Assembly (NCBI GenBank): GCA_964597545.1
Contig: CAZQXN010000001.1
Location: forward strand, 5,655-69,654
From: an uncultured Planctomycetia bacterium
GTDB taxonomy: Bacteria; Omnitrophota; Gorgyraeia; 1-14-0-20-64-10
Direction: 5' to 3'
DNA: 64,000 bases
A model generated the notes under the pieces. The model did not search any database. It was not told the origin of the DNA and saw only the letters and a program-made list of their open reading frames with translations. Shown piece after piece: positions 50,800-59,182 of this stretch. How positions within the stretch are numbered: position 1 is the stretch's first letter; every line of letters begins with the position of its first letter. Position numbers and translations under genes: made by a program.

Positions 50800-51401
50800 C
50801 GCCTCGCAGATCTTTTCCGAGTGGCTCCTTCTGGTGAACGGTATGTTCTATCAGGAGCAAGAAGTTGGCTGAGGGTTTGGCTCATGGTTTCTTCTCTCTT
50901 GGCTCTCACTTTGAGATCAGGGTCTTTTATAGTTCGGGAAACGCTCGTTCTCTGTCGGAATTTCTCGGCACCCTTGTGGGGTGGTTTTTCTGACACACAC
51001 CTACTCGCATCCCTTCGCACCCCCTTTTGGAGATATGTGACGGAGTTTTTCCGCAGCATATCGATGGACAGAGCGACCTGATAGTATCGGATGAAACCCC
51101 GATCTGTATTTCTCCACCAGAATTTGACTAGCCCACATTTCGCCAGGAAGGTACATGCTTCGCCGATCGTGTCCCGGCACAATCCCGTTTCGTGTTCGAT
51201 TCTCCTCCTGCCAATTCTGCCGTTTCCTGTCGTCCAGTTGGCATATTTCTGGAGACAGGAAAACACCAGGTAAATGCTGCCCCCTTTCCTCTGCATAAAA
51301 ATGCCAGATTCCCAAACCCAGTAGGGGATGCGAATGGTTCTTTCGTGTGGCTGTTTTCGCAATTTTTCCTCATCTCCCAATGGGGTATTCTTACCGTTCA
51401 A
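50796..51401 (-). CDS. Putative wHTH replication initiator
   Basis: YLVFSCL.KYANW.TG...IEHETGLCRDTI....FL...GLV, typical of phage replisome-organiser N-termini. Confidence 0.6.
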   Translation of the reverse strand: MNGKNTPLGDEEKLRKQPHERTIRIPYWVWESGIFMQRKGGSIYLVFSCLQKYANWTTGNGRIGRRRIEHETGLCRDTIGEACTFLAKCGLVKFWWRNTDRGFIRYYQVALSIDMLRKNSVTYLQKGVRRDASRCVSEKPPHKGAEKFRQRTSVSRTIKDPDLKVRAKREETMSQTLSQLLAPDRTYRSPEGATRKRSARR

Positions 51402-51633
51402 ACACGTAATCCTTGAGGGTTCGGTAGGCGTCCGTCAGCTTTTTGGCTTCAATCCGCCCACCGTTGTAGAACCCCAGGGCAATCTCCCTTGCGCTAAATC
51501 CTTCAAAGATAACTGAGACCTTTCTCCCCTCCCGAACTTTCCCTGTAAGCTTCAGCCCCTTGCATAAGCAGAAAGCCGCCTCATAAAGATTTTGGGTGGT
51601 ATGAACTTCTGGTGGACTTATTTGGGAGTGCAC
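51391..51633 (-). CDS. DUF5659-like small mobile-element protein
   Basis: TQNLYEAAFCLCKG...V.VIF....YRTLK pattern; GTG start at 51633 after GAGGA. Confidence 0.55.
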   Translation of the reverse strand: MHSQISPPEVHTTQNLYEAAFCLCKGLKLTGKVREGRKVSVIFEGFSAREIALGFYNGGRIEAKKLTDAYRTLKDYVFER

Positions 51634-51771
51634 TCTTTGGTCCTCATTTATCTCCCTTCTTCTTAAAAAATAAAAACCCGCAATCAACAGTTTTTCCGTT
51701 GTGCGGGTTCCACTCTAGTTAAATGTCACCTAGAACTCTAGGTCGAATATGTCAGAACATTTGAATAGGTC

Positions 51772-52464
51772 CTAACTCATTTCTTTAGAAGCTCTTATGT
51801 CGCGCTTGGCTCGCTCAAGATAGCTGTCGTAGTTCAAATACGAAGGGGAAATTTCTGCCTTACTCATCAGCTGCTTACGGATGAAACTGTCTGCGTGACC
51901 CAATTTCCTTAGGATGTAAGCCTGATAGCGGCTAAACTGTGAGTCCATGCGGGGCTTACCTCGCTTAATCTTGTAGGCACGCCGAACTCTTTTGAGATGA
52001 TCCCCGATTATTGCCTGTATCACACCGATTGGCCGGGTTGGATCAATGGCATATACAATTCTCTCGGGCGCTCCCGATAGCTGTTTCCGACGAGCAAGGG
52101 ACATCCTTGGTGACGCGTTGAGTCCATCTTCTTCATATGTGCGAGTCAACTCTGTGTGGATCATCACCGCGTCCGTCCTAAATGCTGCCGTAAGCATCGC
52201 GGTGAAAGCAGAGGATGGCCAAGCAATCTTGGGATCATCCAAGGGATAGAAACCCCAGAGCTGCGTTACATGTTCTCGAAATTCGTCCTTGGGCTGTTCA
52301 GAGGTAAGAATCGTTTCGCCAGGAGGTGGATAAGGAGGTAGAGAGGCTCTGTGTTTACGCATTTTCATGAAGTCTGCCTTATATTCCGGCAACTTTCTGA
52401 CCCAGTTCCATGTTTTTTGGATTTGTTGGGTTATTTCTCTAGAAGTATAAACTTTGACTGCCAC
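51772..52464 (-). CDS. Hypothetical protein, possible DUF6499/DUF2285-like transcriptional activator
   Basis: N-terminal WNWVRKLPEYKADF; central AID.TRP; C-terminal HTH-like segment. Confidence 0.45.
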   Translation of the reverse strand: MAVKVYTSREITQQIQKTWNWVRKLPEYKADFMKMRKHRASLPPYPPPGETILTSEQPKDEFREHVTQLWGFYPLDDPKIAWPSSAFTAMLTAAFRTDAVMIHTELTRTYEEDGLNASPRMSLARRKQLSGAPERIVYAIDPTRPIGVIQAIIGDHLKRVRRAYKIKRGKPRMDSQFSRYQAYILRKLGHADSFIRKQLMSKAEISPSYLNYDSYLERAKRDIRASKEMS

Positions 52465-52497
52465 AATCTCTCCTCATCTGGTGAAACAAGCGTGGAA

Positions 52498-52785
52498 TTA
52501 CTGTGTACCCGAGTAGCGCAAACCGTTGCCCACCGCCCCTATCGCATTCTCATCAGAGGCCGAACCCGCTACAAGCTCCTCCAACGTAAGACCACTGCTG
52601 TGCTGCAGCTTCGCCGGCATCATTTTCTTGACGATTTCGAGTGCTACACGGACTCTGGCCGCTTCGCTCACACGTTGGTTGCTCAAGTAGCCTAGGACGA
52701 TAGGAACGGCCCGGTCCCAGAGCTTTTTACTGTCCCGTTCTTTATCCCATGACTTGCGCCCTGATCGGCCTTTGATTCCAGCCAT
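52498..52785 (-). CDS. Putative terminase small subunit-like protein
   Basis: MAGIKGRSGRK N-terminus and helical body resemble phage TerS-like proteins. Confidence 0.45.
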   Translation of the reverse strand: MAGIKGRSGRKSWDKERDSKKLWDRAVPIVLGYLSNQRVSEAARVRVALEIVKKMMPAKLQHSSGLTLEELVAGSASDENAIGAVGNGLRYSGTQ

Positions 52786-53071
52786 ATTAAAATCCCCTAA
52801 CCACTATTGTATCGTGAAGTTACGCCGAATGCCCAGACTTATGTCTACTTCTTGTATAGCGCGCTGGGCTGCCGTTGGGGGAATTGTGGCCAGCTTGGGA
52901 AGGCCGCGGGCAAGAAGAAAACGCGGGATGGCCCTAGGGATCTGCGCTTAGGGGACCCATGAATGGAAAGCTCCTAGGAGAATTAAGGCAGGCGCGACAA
53001 CCGAAGGGGGCGAAAAAGTCCGCCCGGAGGAAATAGCGAGTGAGGGGAAGGTGGTGATCGCTTAATGCGAT

Positions 53072-53377
53072 CTATTCGATCTTTTCGTCGTCTGGGTGCG
53101 GACCGTCTATCAAAAGGTCATTTAGCTTTTCTCCGCCATATTTGCGAACCCACTTGTGCCACTGCAGACTTGCCCTTTTATGTCCCTTCGAGAGACCAAC
53201 AAACCACGCGGCGAGCCCAGCCGCGATCATTCCAAGAAACTTGTCGCTGGCTCCGTCCCCTGCCAATTCGAGACAAACACCGAATCCGATCACTGCGAGA
53301 ATAACCAACCCCCATTTGAAGATCGTGACCCACTCACGGGTTTTTTCTTCTATTTCGCTGGATCGGTGCTTTCCCAT
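53072..53377 (-). CDS. Small two-TM hypothetical protein
   Basis: 101 aa, two hydrophobic helices, overlaps upstream lipoprotein gene. Confidence 0.5.
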   Translation of the reverse strand: MGKHRSSEIEEKTREWVTIFKWGLVILAVIGFGVCLELAGDGASDKFLGMIAAGLAAWFVGLSKGHKRASLQWHKWVRKYGGEKLNDLLIDGPHPDDEKIE

Positions 53378-53625
53378 CTTCCGAACGAAACCACCTTTCC
53401 GTCTTTCAGTTCAACGTAGTAGGGGGTCGAAAAACTCCCGCCTTCATAGAGATCGTAATTCATGTATTCCGTCTCATCTTGCAGACCCCTCCCGGCCGGC
53501 GGACCGAGGATCTCAACCGCCTGCGTTCTCGTCATCCCGATTTCAAGCTGATGTGTCAAGCGGGCAGACCTAGCGCACCCAACAATGAAGATTGCGACAG
53601 CCAATATGTAAGCAACTCTGCCCAT
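53350..53625 (-). CDS. Small lipoprotein with BamE/SmpA-like fold
   Basis: Lipobox IVGC; LEIGMTR.Q..EILGPP; L.DGKVVSFG. Confidence 0.7.
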   Translation of the reverse strand: MGRVAYILAVAIFIVGCARSARLTHQLEIGMTRTQAVEILGPPAGRGLQDETEYMNYDLYEGGSFSTPYYVELKDGKVVSFGRWESTDPAK

Positions 53626-53748
53626 TTTCTCTTCTCTGCCTGTGCACCCCGCATAGCCACCCCACGCTAGCCCTGCATCTGGGGACATATATTAACACGG
53701 TGTCGTGGTACCGTGGTGCCTTAAACCGTGCTCCTCGAGAATGGGGGT

Positions 53749-53967
53749 ATGGCTATTCCGCGGATACGGTTGCAGTTTGCGCAGAAGCTCCGACGACTGC
53801 GTGCGAAACGAGGACTGACGCAGGAAGCGATGGCGGAGAAGGCAGGGATGGATCCTCGGTATTACCAGAGACTTGAATCAAAAAAGCCCGGTGCCGTCAA
53901 GATCGATACGATCGGCAGGATCGCGGCGGCCCTCAATACGGCACCCTCCGAACTGCTTAAGTTTTAG
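53749..53967 (+). CDS. XRE-family HTH regulator
   Basis: LRRLRAKRGLTQE.MAEKAG...YYQRLE; TI.RIA.AL. Confidence 0.88.
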   Translation: MAIPRIRLQFAQKLRRLRAKRGLTQEAMAEKAGMDPRYYQRLESKKPGAVKIDTIGRIAAALNTAPSELLKF

Positions 53968-54058
53968 TCGGCGCGACCCTCTTGTTCAACTCAAAACAAA
54001 GGCGGAGAGCTGTCGGCTCCCCACCTTGGAGATTCAACGTGTTTTTCGTGGTCTTCAC

Positions 54059-55612
54059 CTAAAGCTTAGCATCAGGTGGAGGTTCCAATCGAGGCAATGC
54101 TTGCCTGATCACTTCTTCGCCAACTACCTTGACGCATTCATCCCGCCCCAGGAGGTCAAGAAGCCGTTGAATCGCCCAGTCCCGCAGTTCCTGATTATCC
54201 CCTTCCAGATGCGTGCGGAAACCGTTTACATCATCCTCGATTTCTCTTAGGACCTCTTTGCGAACAACCTCACGGTACTTCTCTGCCAACCGCGTCAACC
54301 ATGCTCGTGCGCGCGGAGGCGTCGAAGGATCGTTGACAACTTGGAGGATGTCTTGTCGGCATCTTCCGAGGTGTACTGAATGCTCTCCTTTAATCATTGA
54401 CCCGACGTGCTCAATCCCCGAACTCAGATATGCTAGGACATCTTCGTTCTCCGGATAACGCTCAAGGAGATGTACAGCGATGGGCCAAAATCCGGGTCGC
54501 GCTGCAGTCAAACTCCTAGAGATAATCTCTGCCATTTTCTCGTCTTGATCAGAAAATTCCATCAAGAGTCCACCATCCTCGACCTGATCTAGAATCTCTT
54601 GGAGATCCCAGCTGAGCCGAAAGCTCAGCGCATCAGTATCGAGACAAAGTCGGAATAACATGGTCAGAGCTTTTCGGCGATCTGCCCGAATTAATGCTTC
54701 CCAGGCGCTCCGTTGCTGAAACTGGTCGACAGGATTCCAGCACTCCTCCTTGTGGTCGGTTCTGAGGAGATCTTCTGTCAATTTAAGCCCCCTGACTGGA
54801 TCTTGCGCAAAGAGCTTCGCCGCAAGCTCATCATAATGCCAAGCATCTCCGTGCCTAGCAATGGGACGCTTGGCTTCCAGGGCCCTCCAGCAGAGCTCCG
54901 CCAGACCACCCGTCAAAGATCGTCCCAAGTGCCTCCACATTCCAACCATGTCAATGGCTGCCGCCACACCGCTGAAATCTGGACGTGCTATCGCTGTTAC
55001 CAAAACACAAAATTCTTCATCGCTCAAGGGTTCCATCCACCGACCACCCATCAGAGCTCCCCTGACATGATCCGGTGTGACTTGCCCTGCATCCAGTAAT
55101 TCCGTGGCACGCTCAACAGATCGCCGATCTGCAGGAAGGTAGCTAGTTGCCCATAGCACCGCGTAAGGATGAAGCACCCCCTGACCATAGAGCGAATCGA
55201 TCAAATCGACGATCTTCGGATCGTGTATTTTCTGCCCTGAGCAATAACTGGCGAATGCGTAGGCCCCCGTATCTGTGCGTCCAAGTTCCTGCATTTTGGC
55301 CAACCACTTCTTCCCAGTATCATGTTGTCCAAGTTGGGAAAAAAATTCCATCGCCTTCTGGGCTTCTGGACCGCACAGCCACTCAATGGTCCCCTTATCC
55401 AACTTCGCAGGATTAGCTACGGCCTCCTGGGCCAATTGACCCAATTCTTGCTGGTAGCGGTATCGCCTGCCCCTCCCCGGCTCCTCGCCATCATCCTCAA
55501 GCAGCCATTGCCCAGCCCATCGCCTAACTCGGGTCGAAAATGAGCTCTCTCCCAACAGCTGTATCAGTTGATTCAAATCCGCTACGTATTTTTCAAGTTT
55601 TTGACGGTTCAC
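54059..55612 (-). CDS. Helical-repeat protein; probable C-terminal part of the upstream STAND protein
   Basis: Long open frame overlapping the upstream stop; candidate GTG start at 55612. Confidence 0.6.
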   Translation of the reverse strand: MNRQKLEKYVADLNQLIQLLGESSFSTRVRRWAGQWLLEDDGEEPGRGRRYRYQQELGQLAQEAVANPAKLDKGTIEWLCGPEAQKAMEFFSQLGQHDTGKKWLAKMQELGRTDTGAYAFASYCSGQKIHDPKIVDLIDSLYGQGVLHPYAVLWATSYLPADRRSVERATELLDAGQVTPDHVRGALMGGRWMEPLSDEEFCVLVTAIARPDFSGVAAAIDMVGMWRHLGRSLTGGLAELCWRALEAKRPIARHGDAWHYDELAAKLFAQDPVRGLKLTEDLLRTDHKEECWNPVDQFQQRSAWEALIRADRRKALTMLFRLCLDTDALSFRLSWDLQEILDQVEDGGLLMEFSDQDEKMAEIISRSLTAARPGFWPIAVHLLERYPENEDVLAYLSSGIEHVGSMIKGEHSVHLGRCRQDILQVVNDPSTPPRARAWLTRLAEKYREVVRKEVLREIEDDVNGFRTHLEGDNQELRDWAIQRLLDLLGRDECVKVVGEEVIRQALPRLEPPPDAKL

Positions 55613-58283
55613 TCTCTCGCACCCCTTCCTTGAATAACCGATCGCGGAATACATCACGAGCAAGACGGATCGCTCGCGTAACCTCAGCAACCTCGAATCG
55701 CCCAGGACATTCCGTCACCTCCCGAACAAGCGCTCGGAGGAGTTCGATCCCCTCATCGGGACGGGCTTGAATCGTATACTCAGCAAGCACCATGGGCAGC
55801 TCATGGCGAGCCTTCTTGCTCACCTGGACATCCTCATCGTTTGACAAATTTAGCATGAGCCTAACCACACCATCCAGATAACGCCACATGTCTCCCCAGG
55901 TCATCGAGGGGCAAGTGTCCAAAGGTTCATATGATTCACTTCGCCTAAGGAAATATGAACCCATCCGATCAAACGCCCCGCTAGCTGCCTTGACCACTAA
56001 AAAACGCTGCATCAGCGGATACGATGGCTTACAAAGCTCCTGCAAGATAGCCAGTCGGTCATCGAGCAACAACGGCACCTGCGGATGTAGCGGATGGAAA
56101 GCTGGACAGAAGAGGCTGTTCGTACTGCTCAACCTGGTATTTTCATCGGGCTGCGCGAAAATACAAGAGAGACGTAGCGCTTCTGCCGAAGTTCGCCTCC
56201 TGAGAAGCAGTTGGTTGATAATCGAGACAAACTCCTGTCGAGGGCCATCTTCTATCTTTTCAACTTGGTCTGTCGAAAGCGGCTCTACGTGTTGCTTCAA
56301 AACGGCGAGGACCCGCTCTGGAACAGCACCTGCGATCAGGCGAAGTACCCGTACACTCCTCAAAAGCGCAGGCAGACTACTAAACAAACCGCGGCTACCA
56401 AACAATTCGTCCCAGAACGGCCCAATCTCCTCACTTTTCAACGTATTGAGGCGGCGCAGGAGCCGCGTTTGAGCAGGCGATTGGAGCCGCACAAAGAGTG
56501 CCAGTAGCGCTTCGGGTTTTTGACAAAACAGCCGCGTGCATAGGCGAGATGCCAAGATGGGCAGTGATACCTCTACAAAAACGCCATTAACCTTCAGGAA
56601 CCCAGCTTGTTGAAGTTTACCAACCGAATCCAAGACTTGGCCCACATCCAGATCGGGCGCAAAGAACTCACGGATGATTTTAGTTTCAGCCACAAACGAC
56701 CCTGCCACACCCACTTGGGACAGTGCCGAAAAGAGCTGTAGAACACGCAAGCGCTGTTCACCCAACTGCTTTCGGACTTGACCTTCGAATCGAACACCTA
56801 CCTTTTCGACAAGTCCACCTACCTCCCGTGTAGTAATATCCGTCTCAGCGGCAGCAAGAAGAACGCTGGGGTTTCCTCCTGCTTGCTCAACAATCCACGT
56901 CATCAACCCATAGTCAAATCGTTTGCCCGCTGCCTTCAGGAATTCCTCAGACTGCTGGAGACTCAGAGGCTCTAGCTTATGGACAAAGATGCGTTGATCG
57001 GTTCCGAACGCGGGGAGGAGTGCGTCTGAAGCCGTGGGGAGCGTGATAATGACCTTCACGTGTGACCGCGACAGAGCTTCATCAATGAACGGCCTGACGT
57101 CCTCCTCCGCTGAATCTTCAACCACAACTATGACATAAGGGCCATCTCCCTCAAATTTTTCAAGATTCCCAGGTCTAACAGACTGAGGATCATCAACAAC
57201 AATCGTTCTCAAGAGTTGGCTCCTGGTTGCTTCAAGGACGATCCGAGATTTACCGATTCCTGGAGACCCAGCAAGAACGATGGCTTTCACGGAGGAATTT
57301 TCGATAGCCCCCTTCAATTTCGCCAAGTCCCCCTCTCGCCCTATAAGAGGGATCGTTTGCCATGGTTTGGCCCTCTCGTGCTTCTCGGCAAATCGATGCC
57401 ATGAAAGACACTTTGATAAGGAGAAGAACGAGGAGCGCAAGTACGGAATGCTGTTAAGCATCGGTGCCAACTCAGCCGAACCGATCACGGCAACTTTCAC
57501 TTTCACGCTTTCAGGCTCCCCATACCCTTCCCTCACAGCTTCTTCAAGCCGTTTCTTATTCTTCGAATCGACATTGAAGTTAACGAAGAGGACATAGTTC
57601 TGAGGTTGAACACCTGTACGCTGTTGAATCTGCACCAAGGCCTTGCGGACCTTACTGCGAACGTCATTTATGACGTCACTCGGCTTTCGGCTGGAACAGT
57701 TTCGCACCTTGTACTGAAAAACGTTCAGGCCCTCTGTCAGCAGAAGCGTACTTGGCACCGCTCCATGTTCGATGTTGCGCTCCCAGGAAGCATCGATTCC
57801 GTCATCCGAAGCATTCACGTTCTCTGTAAAGTCGGGAGGAAAATTGGCCTGGCTACGAGCAGAAGCCCACGCCAGGGAGTTACACAATCGAGCAAAGTGT
57901 CTGGCAGACCATCTGCTGGTTTGGGACTGAATGTGGTCTCCGGAAATTGCGTCCCCTAGGGCAAGGTCCCTGATGATCAACCCGGTGGCTAGGTCGCTGT
58001 GCTTCCAATAAAGCGGCTTGGATACATGATAAAGAGGATGGCTGACATCCAAGGCATACTGCTTCTCTAAACCCTGCACAGATGAGACGACGAGACCATC
58101 GTCCTCCAGCTCGACAAGGGTCCTGGAAAGGTTGCCTGGATCGATCCCTAGCGCCCTTGCAAGACCACGAACAGAGCATTTCTGAGACGGGGTTGTGTGA
58201 AGATACTCCAGAGCGCGAGCACTCAGCCCTTTGACTGCTGGGTGTATCAGCTTTTTTCTATGTTGTCTTCTAGGCATCGGCAT
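55593..58283 (-). CDS. wHTH + PD-(D/E)xK-type nuclease + STAND-like NTPase, candidate anti-phage protein
   Basis: wHTH (VRGLARALGIDPGNLSR), nuclease motif DDGIDA...FQYK, Walker A GSPGIGKS, Walker B VIVVVED, GGNP. Confidence 0.7.
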   Translation of the reverse strand: MPMPRRQHRKKLIHPAVKGLSARALEYLHTTPSQKCSVRGLARALGIDPGNLSRTLVELEDDGLVVSSVQGLEKQYALDVSHPLYHVSKPLYWKHSDLATGLIIRDLALGDAISGDHIQSQTSRWSARHFARLCNSLAWASARSQANFPPDFTENVNASDDGIDASWERNIEHGAVPSTLLLTEGLNVFQYKVRNCSSRKPSDVINDVRSKVRKALVQIQQRTGVQPQNYVLFVNFNVDSKNKKRLEEAVREGYGEPESVKVKVAVIGSAELAPMLNSIPYLRSSFFSLSKCLSWHRFAEKHERAKPWQTIPLIGREGDLAKLKGAIENSSVKAIVLAGSPGIGKSRIVLEATRSQLLRTIVVDDPQSVRPGNLEKFEGDGPYVIVVVEDSAEEDVRPFIDEALSRSHVKVIITLPTASDALLPAFGTDQRIFVHKLEPLSLQQSEEFLKAAGKRFDYGLMTWIVEQAGGNPSVLLAAAETDITTREVGGLVEKVGVRFEGQVRKQLGEQRLRVLQLFSALSQVGVAGSFVAETKIIREFFAPDLDVGQVLDSVGKLQQAGFLKVNGVFVEVSLPILASRLCTRLFCQKPEALLALFVRLQSPAQTRLLRRLNTLKSEEIGPFWDELFGSRGLFSSLPALLRSVRVLRLIAGAVPERVLAVLKQHVEPLSTDQVEKIEDGPRQEFVSIINQLLLRRRTSAEALRLSCIFAQPDENTRLSSTNSLFCPAFHPLHPQVPLLLDDRLAILQELCKPSYPLMQRFLVVKAASGAFDRMGSYFLRRSESYEPLDTCPSMTWGDMWRYLDGVVRLMLNLSNDEDVQVSKKARHELPMVLAEYTIQARPDEGIELLRALVREVTECPGRFEVAEVTRAIRLARDVFRDRLFKEGVRESEPSKT

Positions 58284-58318
58284 GTTGTATATTTTACAAC
58301 ACATTGCTAGTCTGTCAA
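58283..58318 (-). promoter_or_regulatory. Promoter and palindromic operator of the STAND gene
   Basis: TTGACA-N16-TAAAAT-N7-ATG; palindrome TGTTGTA-N5-TACAACA at 58283-58301. Confidence 0.65.
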
Positions 58319-58403
58319 GCAAAAAAGTTAAAAATTTTTGTAGCGGCTGGAATATCCTAAGGGGGCAATTTTACGTCGTTCAGCGCGGGTCGGGGTGGGT
58401 TTT

Positions 58404-58422
58404 GTTAGCACCATGTTAGCAC
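58404..58422 (+). repeat. Putative integrase arm-type sites (right)
   Basis: GTTAGCAC-CAT-GTTAGCAC about 97 bp inside the right core. Confidence 0.72.
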
Positions 58423-58518
58423 GACACCAAAAAGGCCCCGAGGCATCAGCCAAGGGACCTTCACAACCTGTTGCAATACTTCAAGAAAGAATGACGCCGC
58501 TACTCAAAAATCCCTCGC

Positions 58519-58567
58519 CGACCCGCGCATTACGAATGCGCTGCTCTACCAACTGAGCTACGCCGGC
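58519..58567 (-). pseudogene. 5' part of host tRNA-Thr(CGU), not restored, at the right junction
   Basis: GCCGGCG TA GCTC AGTTGGTA GAGC A GCGCA TT CGT AA TGCGC GGGTC G, then non-tRNA sequence with no T arm. Confidence 0.9.
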
Positions 58568-58576
58568 TTGGAAAAC

Positions 58577-58624
58577 CGGTACCGGGTACAATGTACCCGG
58601 TACCGCAATGCGGGTACCGCAATG
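58577..58624. repeat. Palindromic GTACCCGGTACC pair plus tandem GGTACCGCAATG
   Basis: CGGTACCGGGTACA-A-TGTACCCGGTACCG; GGTACCGCAATG twice. Confidence 0.7.
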
Positions 58625-58626
58625 GA

Positions 58627-59163
58627 CTACAGGGCGGAGAGGACCTCTTTGAAGTGGCCGTCCACCGTGACCTTGGGGAAGACCTTGGAGATCTTTCCGG
58701 TCTCGTTGATCAAGAAGGTGGCCCGGTCCAGCCCCACGTACCGCTTGCCGTAAAGGGACTTCTGTCTCCAGACATCGTAGGACTTGAGCATCTCCTTGTT
58801 CTCGTCACTGAGGAGCGGGAAGTTGAGATCATGTTTTTGCTTGAAGCTGCGGTGAGAAGAGACCGGGTCGGCACTGACTCCCAACACCACCGCCCCGCGG
58901 CGCTTGAGCTGATGCGCTCCGTCTCGAAAAGCACAGGCCTGCCGCGTGCAGCCCGGGGTGTGGTCCTTGGGATAGAAGTAGAGCACCACCTTCTTGCCCC
59001 GGTAATCAGTGAGGTTGACGCGGCTTCCGGCGTCACTCAACAGGGTAAAGTCCGGCGCCTTGCGCCCAGCCTTGAGTGTAGTGCTGTTGGCGCCGTTGCT
59101 CTTCGATTTGGAAGTGGCTCGTTTCTTGGATGTCGTATTGCGCTTGCTGCTTGTTTTTGCCAT
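58627..59163 (-). CDS. bcp: Thioredoxin-dependent thiol peroxidase Bcp
   Basis: APDFTL, VLYFYPKD.TPGCT.QAC, R.TFLI. Confidence 0.93.
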   Translation of the reverse strand: MAKTSSKRNTTSKKRATSKSKSNGANSTTLKAGRKAPDFTLLSDAGSRVNLTDYRGKKVVLYFYPKDHTPGCTRQACAFRDGAHQLKRRGAVVLGVSADPVSSHRSFKQKHDLNFPLLSDENKEMLKSYDVWRQKSLYGKRYVGLDRATFLINETGKISKVFPKVTVDGHFKEVLSAL

Positions 59164-59182
59164 GAGTCTCTCCTGTTTGTTC

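Larger units (their letters stand above)
47914..58536. mobile_element. ~10.6 kb tyrosine-integrase element (phage-satellite-like island) inserted in tRNA-Thr(CGU)
   Basis: 18-bp direct repeat CGACCCGCGCATTACGAA at 47914-47931 and 58519-58536; integrase, xis-like and rep-like genes; arm repeats near both ends; visibly more AT-rich than flanks. Confidence 0.9.

Noticed and set aside
50950-51060. Iteron-like GAAAAA-centred repeats inside the rep-like gene
   Set aside because: Too degenerate to support by eye.
58490-58567. Right junction as a restored, functional tRNA-Thr
   Set aside because: Sequence after GGGTCG (GCGAGGGATTTTTGAGTAGCGGC) has no TTC loop, no T stem and a poor acceptor match.
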